Shown: positions 55,821 to 64,000 of the stretch, piece by piece
How positions within the stretch are numbered: the stretch's first letter is position 1
Layout of the letters: the number at the start of each line of letters is the position of its first letter
Translations under genes and position numbers: made by a program
The notes under the pieces: generated by a model
What the model was told of the DNA's origin: nothing
Database searches by the model: none
Seen by the model: the letters and a program-made list of their open reading frames with translations, nothing else
Assembly (NCBI GenBank): GCA_963783385.1
Contig: CAWANJ010000003.1
Coordinates: forward strand, 288,001 to 352,000
Reading direction: 5' to 3'
Length of the DNA stretch: 64,000 nucleotides
Source: an uncultured Gemmatimonadales bacterium
GTDB taxonomy: Bacteria; Gemmatimonadota; Gemmatimonadetes; Palauibacterales; Palauibacteraceae

Positions 55821-57182
55821 ATGTCGATCAGCACTTCACAGCGACGGGACGTGGACGACGCGGCGACGCCGTTGACGCGGGTGGTGGTTCCCGCGCCGGA
55901 CGCCACGCCCGAGGCCTTCCTGTCCGCCTGCCTGACGCCGCGCGGCTTCTGGCAGCGGGACGCGGCCTGGAACGCCTGGAGCGGGAGCGTGGTCGGGATC
56001 CGAGTGGGGGCGGGAGAGGGCCGCGGTCCCATCGCCACGGTCGCCCGCGAGGCCTCGCTCCGGCTGGCGGGTGGGACCGACGAGGGCCGGCCGCCGCGCT
56101 TCCACGGCGGCTTCGCCTTCCACTCCGACCACCGGGCCGCGGGCGCATGGTCCGACTTTCCAGCCGCCCGCTTCGACCTGCCGGCCGCCGAGCTGATCGG
56201 GGGAGCCGGGGTCGGGACCCGGCTCGTGGTCACCGTGCCCGGCTCGGGAGAGCGGGCCAGGGCGCGGGCGAGGCGCCGCGCCGAGGCGCTCGCCGGTCGC
56301 CTCGGCGCCGGTCCCGCGGCCGGCGCTCCCCGACGACCGGACGAGGTCCGGGACAGGAGCGAGCCCGTGTCGCGGGAGGCCTGGCGCCGGGGAGTCGAGG
56401 CCGCGCTCGAGGCGATCCGGGCCGGGCGCTTTCGCAAGGTGGTGCTCGCCCGGCCCCTGGACGTGGCGCTCGCCCGGGTCCCGGACCCCGCGGCCCTGCT
56501 CCTCCGTCTGCGCGGCCGCGAGGAGGGGAGCTTCCCCTTCCTGTTCGAGCCGGTGCCGGGATCGGTCTTCTTCGGCGCCTCGCCCGAGCTGGTCGCGCTG
56601 CGCAGCGGCGACCGACTGCACGCCATGGCCGTGGCCGGAACCGCGCCGCGCTCCTTCGACGCCGCCGAGGACGAGCGGCTGGGGCGCGAGCTCCTGGACA
56701 GCGCCAAGGAGCGGACCGAGCACGCGATCGGCGTGAGGGACATGCGCGAGCGCCTGGCGGCCCTGGGCGGCGACCCCGAGGTGGACGAGCTGCCCCACCT
56801 CCTGCGCCTGCGCGGCATCCAGCACCTGCGCACGGACCTGTCCGTGCGGGCCGGCCGCGGGCGCGGCGTGCTCGACCTGCTCGAGGTCATGCACCCGACC
56901 GCGGCCGTGTCCGGCTACCCGCGCGAGCCCGCCGCCGCCTTCCTGCGCGAGCGGGAGAGCTTCGCGCGCGGCTGGTACGCCGGGCCGGTGGGCTGGTTCG
57001 ACGCCGCCGGCGAGGGAGCGTTCGCGCCGGCCCTGCGCTGCGCGCTGCTGCGCGGTGACCGGGCGCGACTGTTCGCGGGCGCCGGGCTTGTGGAGGGCTC
57101 GGACCCGGAGCGCGAGTGGGAGGAGACGGCCCTGAAGCTGCGACCCATGCTGGAGATCCTCGCCGGCGGTCCGGAGGCGTGA
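55821..57182 (+). CDS. menF: Isochorismate synthase
   Basis: KVVLAR, FFGASPEL, AVAGT, KERTEH, IQHL.T, HPTAAV.G.P, RGWYAGPVGW, FAGAG.V.GSDP..EWEET. Confidence 0.9.
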   Translation: MSISTSQRRDVDDAATPLTRVVVPAPDATPEAFLSACLTPRGFWQRDAAWNAWSGSVVGIRVGAGEGRGPIATVAREASLRLAGGTDEGRPPRFHGGFAFHSDHRAAGAWSDFPAARFDLPAAELIGGAGVGTRLVVTVPGSGERARARARRRAEALAGRLGAGPAAGAPRRPDEVRDRSEPVSREAWRRGVEAALEAIRAGRFRKVVLARPLDVALARVPDPAALLLRLRGREEGSFPFLFEPVPGSVFFGASPELVALRSGDRLHAMAVAGTAPRSFDAAEDERLGRELLDSAKERTEHAIGVRDMRERLAALGGDPEVDELPHLLRLRGIQHLRTDLSVRAGRGRGVLDLLEVMHPTAAVSGYPREPAAAFLRERESFARGWYAGPVGWFDAAGEGAFAPALRCALLRGDRARLFAGAGLVEGSDPEREWEETALKLRPMLEILAGGPEA

Positions 57183-59122
57183 GGGCCGAGAACCGCAACA
57201 CCGCGTGGTCCTCGGCGTTCGTGGACGAGCTGGCCCGGGCGGGCGTCCGGCACGCCTGCGTGGCGCCGGGCTCGCGCTCCACCCCGCTCGTCCTCGCCCT
57301 GGCGGCCGACGGGCGCATCCGCTGCCACGTGCACCTGGACGAGCGCAGCGCCGCCTTCTTCGCCCTCGGCCTGGGCAAGGCCACCGGCGTGCCGGCGGCG
57401 GTGGTCACCACCTCGGGGACGGCCGCGGCCAACCTGCTGCCGGCCGTGATGGAGGCGGATGCGAGCCGCGCACCCCTCCTCCTGCTCACGGCGGACCGCC
57501 CGGCCCGGCTGCGAGGCACGGACGCCAACCAGACGGTGGACCAGCTCCTCCTGTTCGGGGGGCGGGTGCGGCTGTTCCACGAGGTGGCCGCGCCCGAGGC
57601 GGCCGACCGGCCGCTTCGCTACGTGCGGGCGCTGGCCGGGAGGGCGGTCGGCGCGGCGATCGGACCGCCGGCCGGCCCGGTGCACCTGGACTTCCCCTTC
57701 GAAAAGCCCCTGGAGCCCGTGCCGGTGGCGGGCGACGTGCCCGGCGACCTGCCGGAACGGGCGCCCCTGGCGGCAGCGGGCCGTCCGGGCGGCCGGGCGT
57801 ACACGGCGGTCACCCCGCCGTGCCTGCTCCCCGAGCCGGGGGCGCTCGAGGCGCTCGCCCGACGGCTGGCGGAGGCGGGGCGCGTGCTCCTCGTGTGCGG
57901 GCCGGCCCCGGACGCCCCGGGTGCGCTCCGGCTGGGCGGCCCGGCGCTCCGGCTGGCGGCCGCCGGCGGCTGGCCCCTGCTGGCCGATCCGCTGTCGGGG
58001 GCCCGGTTCGCCCCGGGCGCCGCGGGGGGAACGCTGGGGGCCTACGACCTTTTCCTGCGCTCGGCCCGGATCCGCGGCGCCCTGCGCCCCGACCTGGTCC
58101 TGCGACTGGGGCCGGCCCCGACATCGGCCGCCCTGTCCACGTACCTGGAGGAGCACGCGGACCGCGAGCAGGTCGTGGTCGACACGGGACCGTCCTGGGC
58201 GGACCACGCGGCCGCCGCCTCGATCATGATGCGCGCCGAGCCCGCCGCGCTGGCCGCGCGCCTGGCGGACCTCGTGGAGGGAGCCGCCGAGGGGGCCGGC
58301 CCGGCCGTCGGGGCGGCGGCCGGCCGGGCCCCGACCGGATGGGCCGCGGCATGGCGCGCGGCCGAGACGGCGGCTCGCGAGGCGGCGCTCGCCGCCCTGG
58401 ATGGCCAGGAGGGCGTGTTCGAGGGCGAGGTGCTGGCGGCGCTCGCCCGGGACCTTCCGACCGGCACGCGGCTGTTCGTGGGGAGCAGCATGCCGGTCCG
58501 GGACCTCGACGCGTTCGGCGAGCCGCGCGACGGGACGCTGGTCGTGATCGGGAACCGCGGCGCCAGCGGCATCGACGGCTCGGTGAGCACGGCCCTGGGC
58601 CTGGCGGCCTCCGGCACGGCCGCGGACGGGGCCGACGCCGCCGTCGGCCCGAAGCCGGGCCCGCCCACGGTGGCCGCGCTCGGAGACCTGTCCCTGTACC
58701 ACGACATGAACGGGTTGCTGGCCGCGGGGAAGGAGGGCCTGAACGTCGTGTTCGTGGTCATCCACAACGATGGCGGCGGCATCTTCCACATGCTCCCGAT
58801 TCGGGAGTACGAGCCGGCGTTCACCCCCTTGTTCGCGGCCCCGCACGGCCTGGACTTCGTCCACGCCGCGCGCCTGTACGGACTGGCCTACCGGGCGGTC
58901 GAGCCGGCGGGGACGGGCCGGGTGGCCGGGATGCTGCAGGAGGCGGTCGGTGCGGCGCTCGCGGCCGGCGGCGCCCACCTCGTGGTCGTGCGCTCCGATC
59001 GGCGCCGGAACCACGAGCTCCACGAGCGAGCCGCCTCCGCGGCCGTCGACGCGGCGGAGCGTGCGCTGGAGGGGCGGAGCCCCGGCCTCGCGGCCGGCCG
59101 GGCGGGAGACCGCGGGCCCTAG
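57179..59122 (+). CDS. menD: SEPHCHC synthase
   Basis: PGSRSTPL, DERSAAFFALG, TSGTAAAN, LTADRP, NQTVDQ, SMPVRD, NRGASGIDG, GDLSLYHDMNG, NDGGGIF. Confidence 0.96.
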   Translation: MRAENRNTAWSSAFVDELARAGVRHACVAPGSRSTPLVLALAADGRIRCHVHLDERSAAFFALGLGKATGVPAAVVTTSGTAAANLLPAVMEADASRAPLLLLTADRPARLRGTDANQTVDQLLLFGGRVRLFHEVAAPEAADRPLRYVRALAGRAVGAAIGPPAGPVHLDFPFEKPLEPVPVAGDVPGDLPERAPLAAAGRPGGRAYTAVTPPCLLPEPGALEALARRLAEAGRVLLVCGPAPDAPGALRLGGPALRLAAAGGWPLLADPLSGARFAPGAAGGTLGAYDLFLRSARIRGALRPDLVLRLGPAPTSAALSTYLEEHADREQVVVDTGPSWADHAAAASIMMRAEPAALAARLADLVEGAAEGAGPAVGAAAGRAPTGWAAAWRAAETAAREAALAALDGQEGVFEGEVLAALARDLPTGTRLFVGSSMPVRDLDAFGEPRDGTLVVIGNRGASGIDGSVSTALGLAASGTAADGADAAVGPKPGPPTVAALGDLSLYHDMNGLLAAGKEGLNVVFVVIHNDGGGIFHMLPIREYEPAFTPLFAAPHGLDFVHAARLYGLAYRAVEPAGTGRVAGMLQEAVGAALAAGGAHLVVVRSDRRRNHELHERAASAAVDAAERALEGRSPGLAAGRAGDRGP

Positions 59123-59196
59123 CGAGCGCGGAACCGGGGGACCGGAGCCCGGCACGACACGTCCAGGAACACCGCAGACCAGGGAGAGGAATCACC

Positions 59197-60052
59197 ATGT
59201 CGGAGCTGTACTGGAAGTCGGAGGCGGAGTGGGAGCGGGTGAAGGCCTACGAGGACATCACCTACCACAAGTGGGGCGGCATCGCCCGCATCGCCTTCGA
59301 CCGACCCGAGGTGCGCAACGCCTTCCGCCCGGACACCCTGTTCGAGCTCCAGGAGGCCTTCAGGGACGCCAACGAGGACCCGTCCATCGGCGTGGTGCTG
59401 TTCACCGGGAACGGGCCGGCGGAGGACGGGGGCTGGGCGTTCTGCAGCGGGGGTGACCAGAAGGTCCGGGGCGACTCGGGCTACGTGGGCTCGGACGGAG
59501 TGGCGCGCCTCAACGTCCTCGAGCTGCAGCGTTTCATCCGCACGATGCCCAAGCCGGTCATCTGCCTGGCGTCCGGCTACGCCATCGGCGGCGGCCACGT
59601 CCTGCACGTCATTCTGCGACCTCACGATCGCCTCGGACAGGGCGATCTTCGGGCAGACGGGCCCCATGGTGGGGAGCTTCGACGCGGGCTACGGCTCCGC
59701 GTTCCTGGCGCGCATCGTCGGGCAGAAGAAGGCGCGCGAGATCTGGTACCTGTGCCGCCAGTACTCGGCCGAGGAGGCCCTGGACATGGGTCTCGTGAAC
59801 GCGGTCGTCCCCCACGACGACCTGGAGGCCGAGGGGGTCCGCTGGGCGAAGGAGATCCTCTCCAAGAGCCCGATCGCCATCCGCTTCATCAAGGCGGCCA
59901 TGAACGCGGACGTGGATGGCCAGACGGGACTCCAGGTGCTGGCCGGCGACGCCACCATGCTCTTCTACATGACCGAGGAGGGGCAGGAGGGGCGCAACGC
60001 CTTCGTGGAGAAGCGGAAGCCGGACTTCCAGCAGTATCCCTGGAGGCCGTGA
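59197..60052 (+). CDS. menB: 1,4-dihydroxy-2-naphthoyl-CoA synthase; frameshift near 59612
   Basis: [33 protein letters not shown] then shifted [43 protein letters not shown]. Confidence 0.93.
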
Positions 60053-60999
60053 GCGAGGCCGGAGGCTCCCCGGCTCCCGGGGGAGGCCCCGACGGGCCCC
60101 GGGGCCGGCCCGCGGAGCGACGCGCGGTCGTGCGCGCCTGGACCATCGGCGCCCGGCTCCACACCCTGCCGGCGGCCGCCGCCCCGGTGTTCGTGGGCGG
60201 AGGACTGGCACGGTGGGCGGGCCGCTTCGCGCCGGGCCCGTTCGTGGCCGCGCTGGCGGGGGCCCTCCTCATCCAGATCGCCACGAACTTCGCCAACGAC
60301 TACCACGACTTCCACCGTGGGGCCGACACGGACGAGCGCGAGGGCTTCGTGCGGGTGACGCAGGCCGGCCTGGTCCCGCCCGAGCGGGTCCGCCGCTGGA
60401 TGATCCAGAGCTTCGGACTCGCCCTCCTTCCGGGCCTCTACCTGGCCTGGGTGGCGGGCTGGCCCGTGGTGGCGGTCGGGCTGGCCTCGATCGCGGCCGG
60501 GATGGCCTACACGGGCGGGCCCTGGCCCCTGGCCTACCACGGTCTCGGGGAGCCGTTCGTGTTCGTGTTCTTCGGGCTCGTGGCCGTGTCCGTCACCGAG
60601 TACGTGCAGACGCTGACCTTCGACCCCTCTTCGCTGGTGGCCGGGTGCGGCGTGGGAGCCCTGACCACGGCCATTCTCGTGGTCAACAACCTGCGGGACA
60701 TCCCGACCGACAGGCTCGCGGGCAAGCACACCCTGGCCGTCCGGCTCGGCGAGGAGGGGAGCCGAAGGGAGTACGCCCTCCTCCTCCTGGTCGCTCTCGC
60801 CGCCCCCGTCGTGGGCGTGGCGCTGTGCGGCTGGCCGGCCTGGTCGCTCCTGGCGTCCGCGGCCAGCCTCCTGGGTCTCGCCCCGCTCCGCACCCTGCGG
60901 ACGTTCGGCGCGCGCTCCGAGCTCAACGGCGCGCTGAGCAGCACCGGGCGCGCCGTCCTCGTCTATGGCCTGCTCCTCGGCGCCGGACTGGCCCTGTAG
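60049..60999 (+). CDS. menA: 1,4-dihydroxy-2-naphthoate polyprenyltransferase
   Basis: [23 protein letters not shown]...GAD, YTGGP.PLAY.GLGE, VNNLRDI.TD..AGK.TLAV. Confidence 0.94.
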   Translation: MSEAGGSPAPGGGPDGPRGRPAERRAVVRAWTIGARLHTLPAAAAPVFVGGGLARWAGRFAPGPFVAALAGALLIQIATNFANDYHDFHRGADTDEREGFVRVTQAGLVPPERVRRWMIQSFGLALLPGLYLAWVAGWPVVAVGLASIAAGMAYTGGPWPLAYHGLGEPFVFVFFGLVAVSVTEYVQTLTFDPSSLVAGCGVGALTTAILVVNNLRDIPTDRLAGKHTLAVRLGEEGSRREYALLLLVALAAPVVGVALCGWPAWSLLASAASLLGLAPLRTLRTFGARSELNGALSSTGRAVLVYGLLLGAGLAL

Positions 61000-61089
61000 C
61001 GCCGCCCCCACCGCCTCTTTTCGTGCACGAGATTCCGGACTCGGGCCCGGCTTTTGCGAGCATCACTTCCGTCATGTTCGGGGCGGTCC

Positions 61090-61122
61090 TTGCAACCAGG
61101 GGGATGGTGTCTATTGTATAAC
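61090..61122 (+). promoter_or_regulatory. Candidate sigma70 promoter of the OMP gene
   Basis: TTGCAA-16 bp-TATTGT (overlapping TATAAC) in an AT-rich intergenic region. Confidence 0.4.
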
Positions 61123-61182
61123 AGTGCCAATAGTGGATCTTTTCCGTGTGATTTCGAGTCACTCCCGCAGAGAGGGGGCAGC

Positions 61183-61842
61183 ATGAACATGCGTACGAAG
61201 TTCGGGATCGTGGTGCTCGCGGCCCTGCTGGTCGGCGCGCCGGCCATGGCGCACGCCCAGGATGCCAAGTGGTCGATCGACCCGCGCGGCGGCCTGACCC
61301 TGCCGATCGGCAACCTCAAGGACATCGAGAAGCCGGGCTTCGCGGCCGGCATCGGGATCGCGTACTGGGTGGTGCCCCGTGTGGCCATCCGGGCGGACGT
61401 GGCCGCGGACGTGATGAGCGCCAAGGACCAGACGCATCCCGGGATCCTGGTCAACGACGTGCCGGACGTCAGCCTGTACAGCTACACGGGTGGCATCGAG
61501 TTCCTCCTGACCCCGCCGGACCAGGAGCGCTGGGACGTGACCGTCAACGTGGGGGCGGGCGCGACCACCATGGACACGAACTCGGCCACGGCGTTCGAGA
61601 CCGCGTCGGGCGGGCTGCAGACCGACTTCACCAAGACCTACTTCAGCGGCGTGGGTCTGGTGAAGTTCGGCTACAAGGCCAGCGACATGCTCGACCTCTA
61701 CCTGTCGGGCGGCGCCCGCCTCGTGAAGACCAAGGCGGCCGACACGGGCGTGTTCAGCGCGTTCAGCTCGAACCTGCCGAGCGCCGGCTTCAGCAGCGTC
61801 GTGACCTTCCCGATCCAGCTGGGCGTGCGGGCGAGTTTCTGA
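61183..61842 (+). CDS. Outer-membrane beta-barrel protein (small, OmpW/OmpA-TM-like)
   Basis: Signal peptide ending AHA-Q, amphipathic strands, C-terminal LGVRASF. Confidence 0.8.
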   Translation: MNMRTKFGIVVLAALLVGAPAMAHAQDAKWSIDPRGGLTLPIGNLKDIEKPGFAAGIGIAYWVVPRVAIRADVAADVMSAKDQTHPGILVNDVPDVSLYSYTGGIEFLLTPPDQERWDVTVNVGAGATTMDTNSATAFETASGGLQTDFTKTYFSGVGLVKFGYKASDMLDLYLSGGARLVKTKAADTGVFSAFSSNLPSAGFSSVVTFPIQLGVRASF

Positions 61843-61869
61843 GCTCCCGCTCTCCGGACCGGAACGCGC

Positions 61870-61895
61870 AAGGGGCGCCCCGGGGGGCGCCCCTT
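61870..61895. terminator. Hairpin terminator between convergent genes
   Basis: AAGGGGCGCCCC..GGGGCGCCCCTT inverted repeat. Confidence 0.7.
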
Positions 61896-61966
61896 CGTGC
61901 ATCGGCCGGCGGACCGGGCCGCCTCCGGCGCCGTGTCCGCCTCCCGCGCGGCGTCCGCCGGTCGGC

Positions 61967-62611
61967 CTAGTCGCTCTTCCCCAGCGACAGGAGCTGGAGC
62001 CTGGTGACGATCATGTCCTCCAGCCGGCCGGTCGACGTGCAGTCGGTCTGGCTGGAGCTGAGGCCGTGCTGCCGCGCCGTGCCGCTCACCAGGGTGATCA
62101 CCTCGCTCTCCTTCGACGCCACGTCGGCGGCGCGGATCTGGGTGGCCACGGTCATGGTGAGCTCGCCCTGGTCCGCCATGGAGCCGGTGATAGTCCTACC
62201 GCAGTCCAGGAACAGGGAGAGCCGGTGGTCCCCCAGGCGGCGCGTGGCGTCGAAGTCGACGCTGCCCAGCACGTGCGCCTCTCCGTTTCGAACGTGGACC
62301 GGGACCGAGAGCGAGTCGTAGACCTGCTCCAGGAAGGGCCATAGCTTCTGCGGCGGCTCTGCGATCGTGTCGACCCTGGCGGCGCCCTGGGCGGACCTCC
62401 GGAAGTTGAAGCGGCCGTTGGCCGTGTTGAGCTCCGCGACCATGTTGTCGCCGCTGCCGCTGACGCTCGAGACCTGCATCTGCCGGCTGGCGCAGGCGGT
62501 CGCCGCGAGCCCGAGGGCCAGCGCCACGGCGAGCTCGACGTGCCTTCCGACGGGCGGTCGCCGCCGCGTGTGATCGGAGGCGTGGGCCCGGTGGCCGGAG
62601 AGAGGGATCAT
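61967..62611 (-). CDS. Hypothetical lipoprotein (start uncertain)
   Basis: Lipobox LAATA-C, LS.FLDCG and C.STGRLE motifs (two Cys, possible disulfide). Confidence 0.72.
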   Translation of the reverse strand: MIPLSGHRAHASDHTRRRPPVGRHVELAVALALGLAATACASRQMQVSSVSGSGDNMVAELNTANGRFNFRRSAQGAARVDTIAEPPQKLWPFLEQVYDSLSVPVHVRNGEAHVLGSVDFDATRRLGDHRLSLFLDCGRTITGSMADQGELTMTVATQIRAADVASKESEVITLVSGTARQHGLSSSQTDCTSTGRLEDMIVTRLQLLSLGKSD

Positions 62612-62720
62612 GGCAGGTCACCCGTCCGAGGTTGGAGGAATTCAAAATCCGAGGGACCTTGACGTCATCTAGAGTATGATGCCCGATCCGGCGGGACAAC
62701 GGTCGGGCCGGAGAGCGCAG

Positions 62721-64000
62721 GTGGAACCGCGGGCCGCGGGCGGCGCCCCGGCGCGCGATCCCCTCGCCCGGGCAGCGCGGCGCTGGCCCGACGCGGTCGC
62801 CCTGGATGGACCGGACGGCACGCGCAGCTACGGGGAGCTCGAGGACGCCGCCACCGGGCTCGTGGGGCGGCTCCGGGAGGCGGGCCTCTCCCCGGAGCGG
62901 CGCGGCGGGCGAGGCACGGGCCCGGTGGCCTTCCTCCTCCCGAGGGGCCCGGCCGCGGTGGCCTGCCTGCACGCTGTGCCCCGCACCGGTGCGGCCGCCG
63001 CTCCCCTGCACCCCGGCTGGACGGAGCCGGAGCTCGGCGCGTACCTGTCCCGGCTCCGACCGGCGGCGCTGGTGTGCGGCGCGGAGACGCGCGAGCGGGC
63101 CGATGCCGTGTGCCCGTCCGGGACGGTGATCGTGCGGCTCGGGGACGGGTGGCCTCCGGCGGACGGTGCCGAGATCCTGGGCACGGGCCCACCGGACGCG
63201 GGCGGCCCCGCCCCCACGGTCCGGCTCCACACCATCCTGGCCACGTCGGGCTCCTCGGGTCGGCCCAAGGCGGCGGGGCTCACCCTGGAGAACCACCTGG
63301 CCTGCGCCGCCGCCACGGAGCGCCGCATGCTGCTCGGGCCCGCCGACCAATGGCTGGCCTCGCTGTCCCCGGCTCACGTGGGCGGCGTGGCGCTGGTGAT
63401 CCGGGCGGCGTGGACCGGTGCCGCCCTGGTGCTCCGGGAGAGCTTCGACGCCGAAGACGTGGCGGCGCTGATGGAGGAGGGCCGCGTGACCCACGCATCG
63501 CTGGTCCCCACCATGCTCGCCCGGCTGCTGGAGGCGCGGGCGGGTCGGCCGGCCCCCCTCACCCTGCGTGGCATCCTCCTGGGCGGGGACGCGGCGGCCC
63601 CCGGGCGGGTGGCGGCGGCGCAGGCGCTGGACTATCCACTGTTTCCCACCTACGGGCTCACCGAGGCGTCCTCGCAGGTGGCCACCGCGCGCCCCGAGGA
63701 GGCGCGGCGCTTCCCGGGCACGGTGGGGAGGCCCCTGGACGGCACCGACGTGCGCATCGGGGCGGGGGACGAGATCCTGGTGCGGGGGCCGACGGTGATG
63801 GCGGGTTACGTGTGGGGCCCGGAGTCGGCCGGCGGATCGGAGGATCTTGAGGACGCCGGGCGCGCCCCCGCAGGCGAGGCGCACGAGCCGTGGCGAACCG
63901 CCGACGGGTGGCTGCGCACCGGGGACGCCGGCCGGCTGGATGACGGGGGACGGTTGTGGGTGACGGGCCGACTGTCGAACCGGATCGTGTCGGGCGGCGT
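62721..64000 (+). CDS. menE: o-succinylbenzoate-CoA ligase (AMP-binding family), 3' partial; start may be 62676
   Basis: Manual translation, open to the window end: ATSGSSGRPK, WLASL...HVGG, SLVPTML, YGLTEASSQV, WLRTGDAG.LD..G.L.VTGR...IVSGG; men context. Confidence 0.82.
   Translation, partial: MEPRAAGGAPARDPLARAARRWPDAVALDGPDGTRSYGELEDAATGLVGRLREAGLSPERRGGRGTGPVAFLLPRGPAAVACLHAVPRTGAAAAPLHPGWTEPELGAYLSRLRPAALVCGAETRERADAVCPSGTVIVRLGDGWPPADGAEILGTGPPDAGGPAPTVRLHTILATSGSSGRPKAAGLTLENHLACAAATERRMLLGPADQWLASLSPAHVGGVALVIRAAWTGAALVLRESFDAEDVAALMEEGRVTHASLVPTMLARLLEARAGRPAPLTLRGILLGGDAAAPGRVAAAQALDYPLFPTYGLTEASSQVATARPEEARRFPGTVGRPLDGTDVRIGAGDEILVRGPTVMAGYVWGPESAGGSEDLEDAGRAPAGEAHEPWRTADGWLRTGDAGRLDDGGRLWVTGRLSNRIVSGG

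Noticed and set aside
57205-60999. Apparent MenB-MenA fusion (1264 aa)
   Set aside because: Produced by the menB frameshift near 59612; menB ends at 60052 and menA starts at 60049

Overview
Very GC-rich bacterial DNA. The gene repertoire (tandem ADOP-type ABC permeases, Vps10/BNR beta-propeller proteins, outer-membrane barrels) points to a diderm, probably Gemmatimonadota or an Acidobacteriota-like lineage; this is inference, since no marker gene is present. About ten genes carry single-base frameshifts that look like long-read consensus errors. From left to right: (1) a minus-strand operon of HlyD adaptor, ABC ATPase and at least 5 MacB/FtsX permease paralogs, preceded by a sigma54 promoter with tandem enhancer sites; (2) a peptide/amino-acid scavenging region with 3 APC permeases, 2 Vps10/BNR proteins, a proline-iminopeptidase fusion lipoprotein and a GCPII-like M28 peptidase, plus ppsA and a class II sirtuin; (3) the highlight, a PaaX-headed anaerobic benzoyl-CoA dearomatisation cluster (oah, dch, four class I benzoyl-CoA reductase subunits, had) with two unexplained accessory genes (a 70-aa CxxC mini-protein and a hemerythrin-like protein), followed by a three-subunit 2-oxoacid oxidoreductase; (4) SnoaL protein, M20 peptidase, alpha/beta hydrolase, ECF sigma, porin and tag; (5) menF-menD-menB-menA, two envelope genes and a partial menE. 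No rRNA, tRNA, CRISPR array or mobile element was seen.
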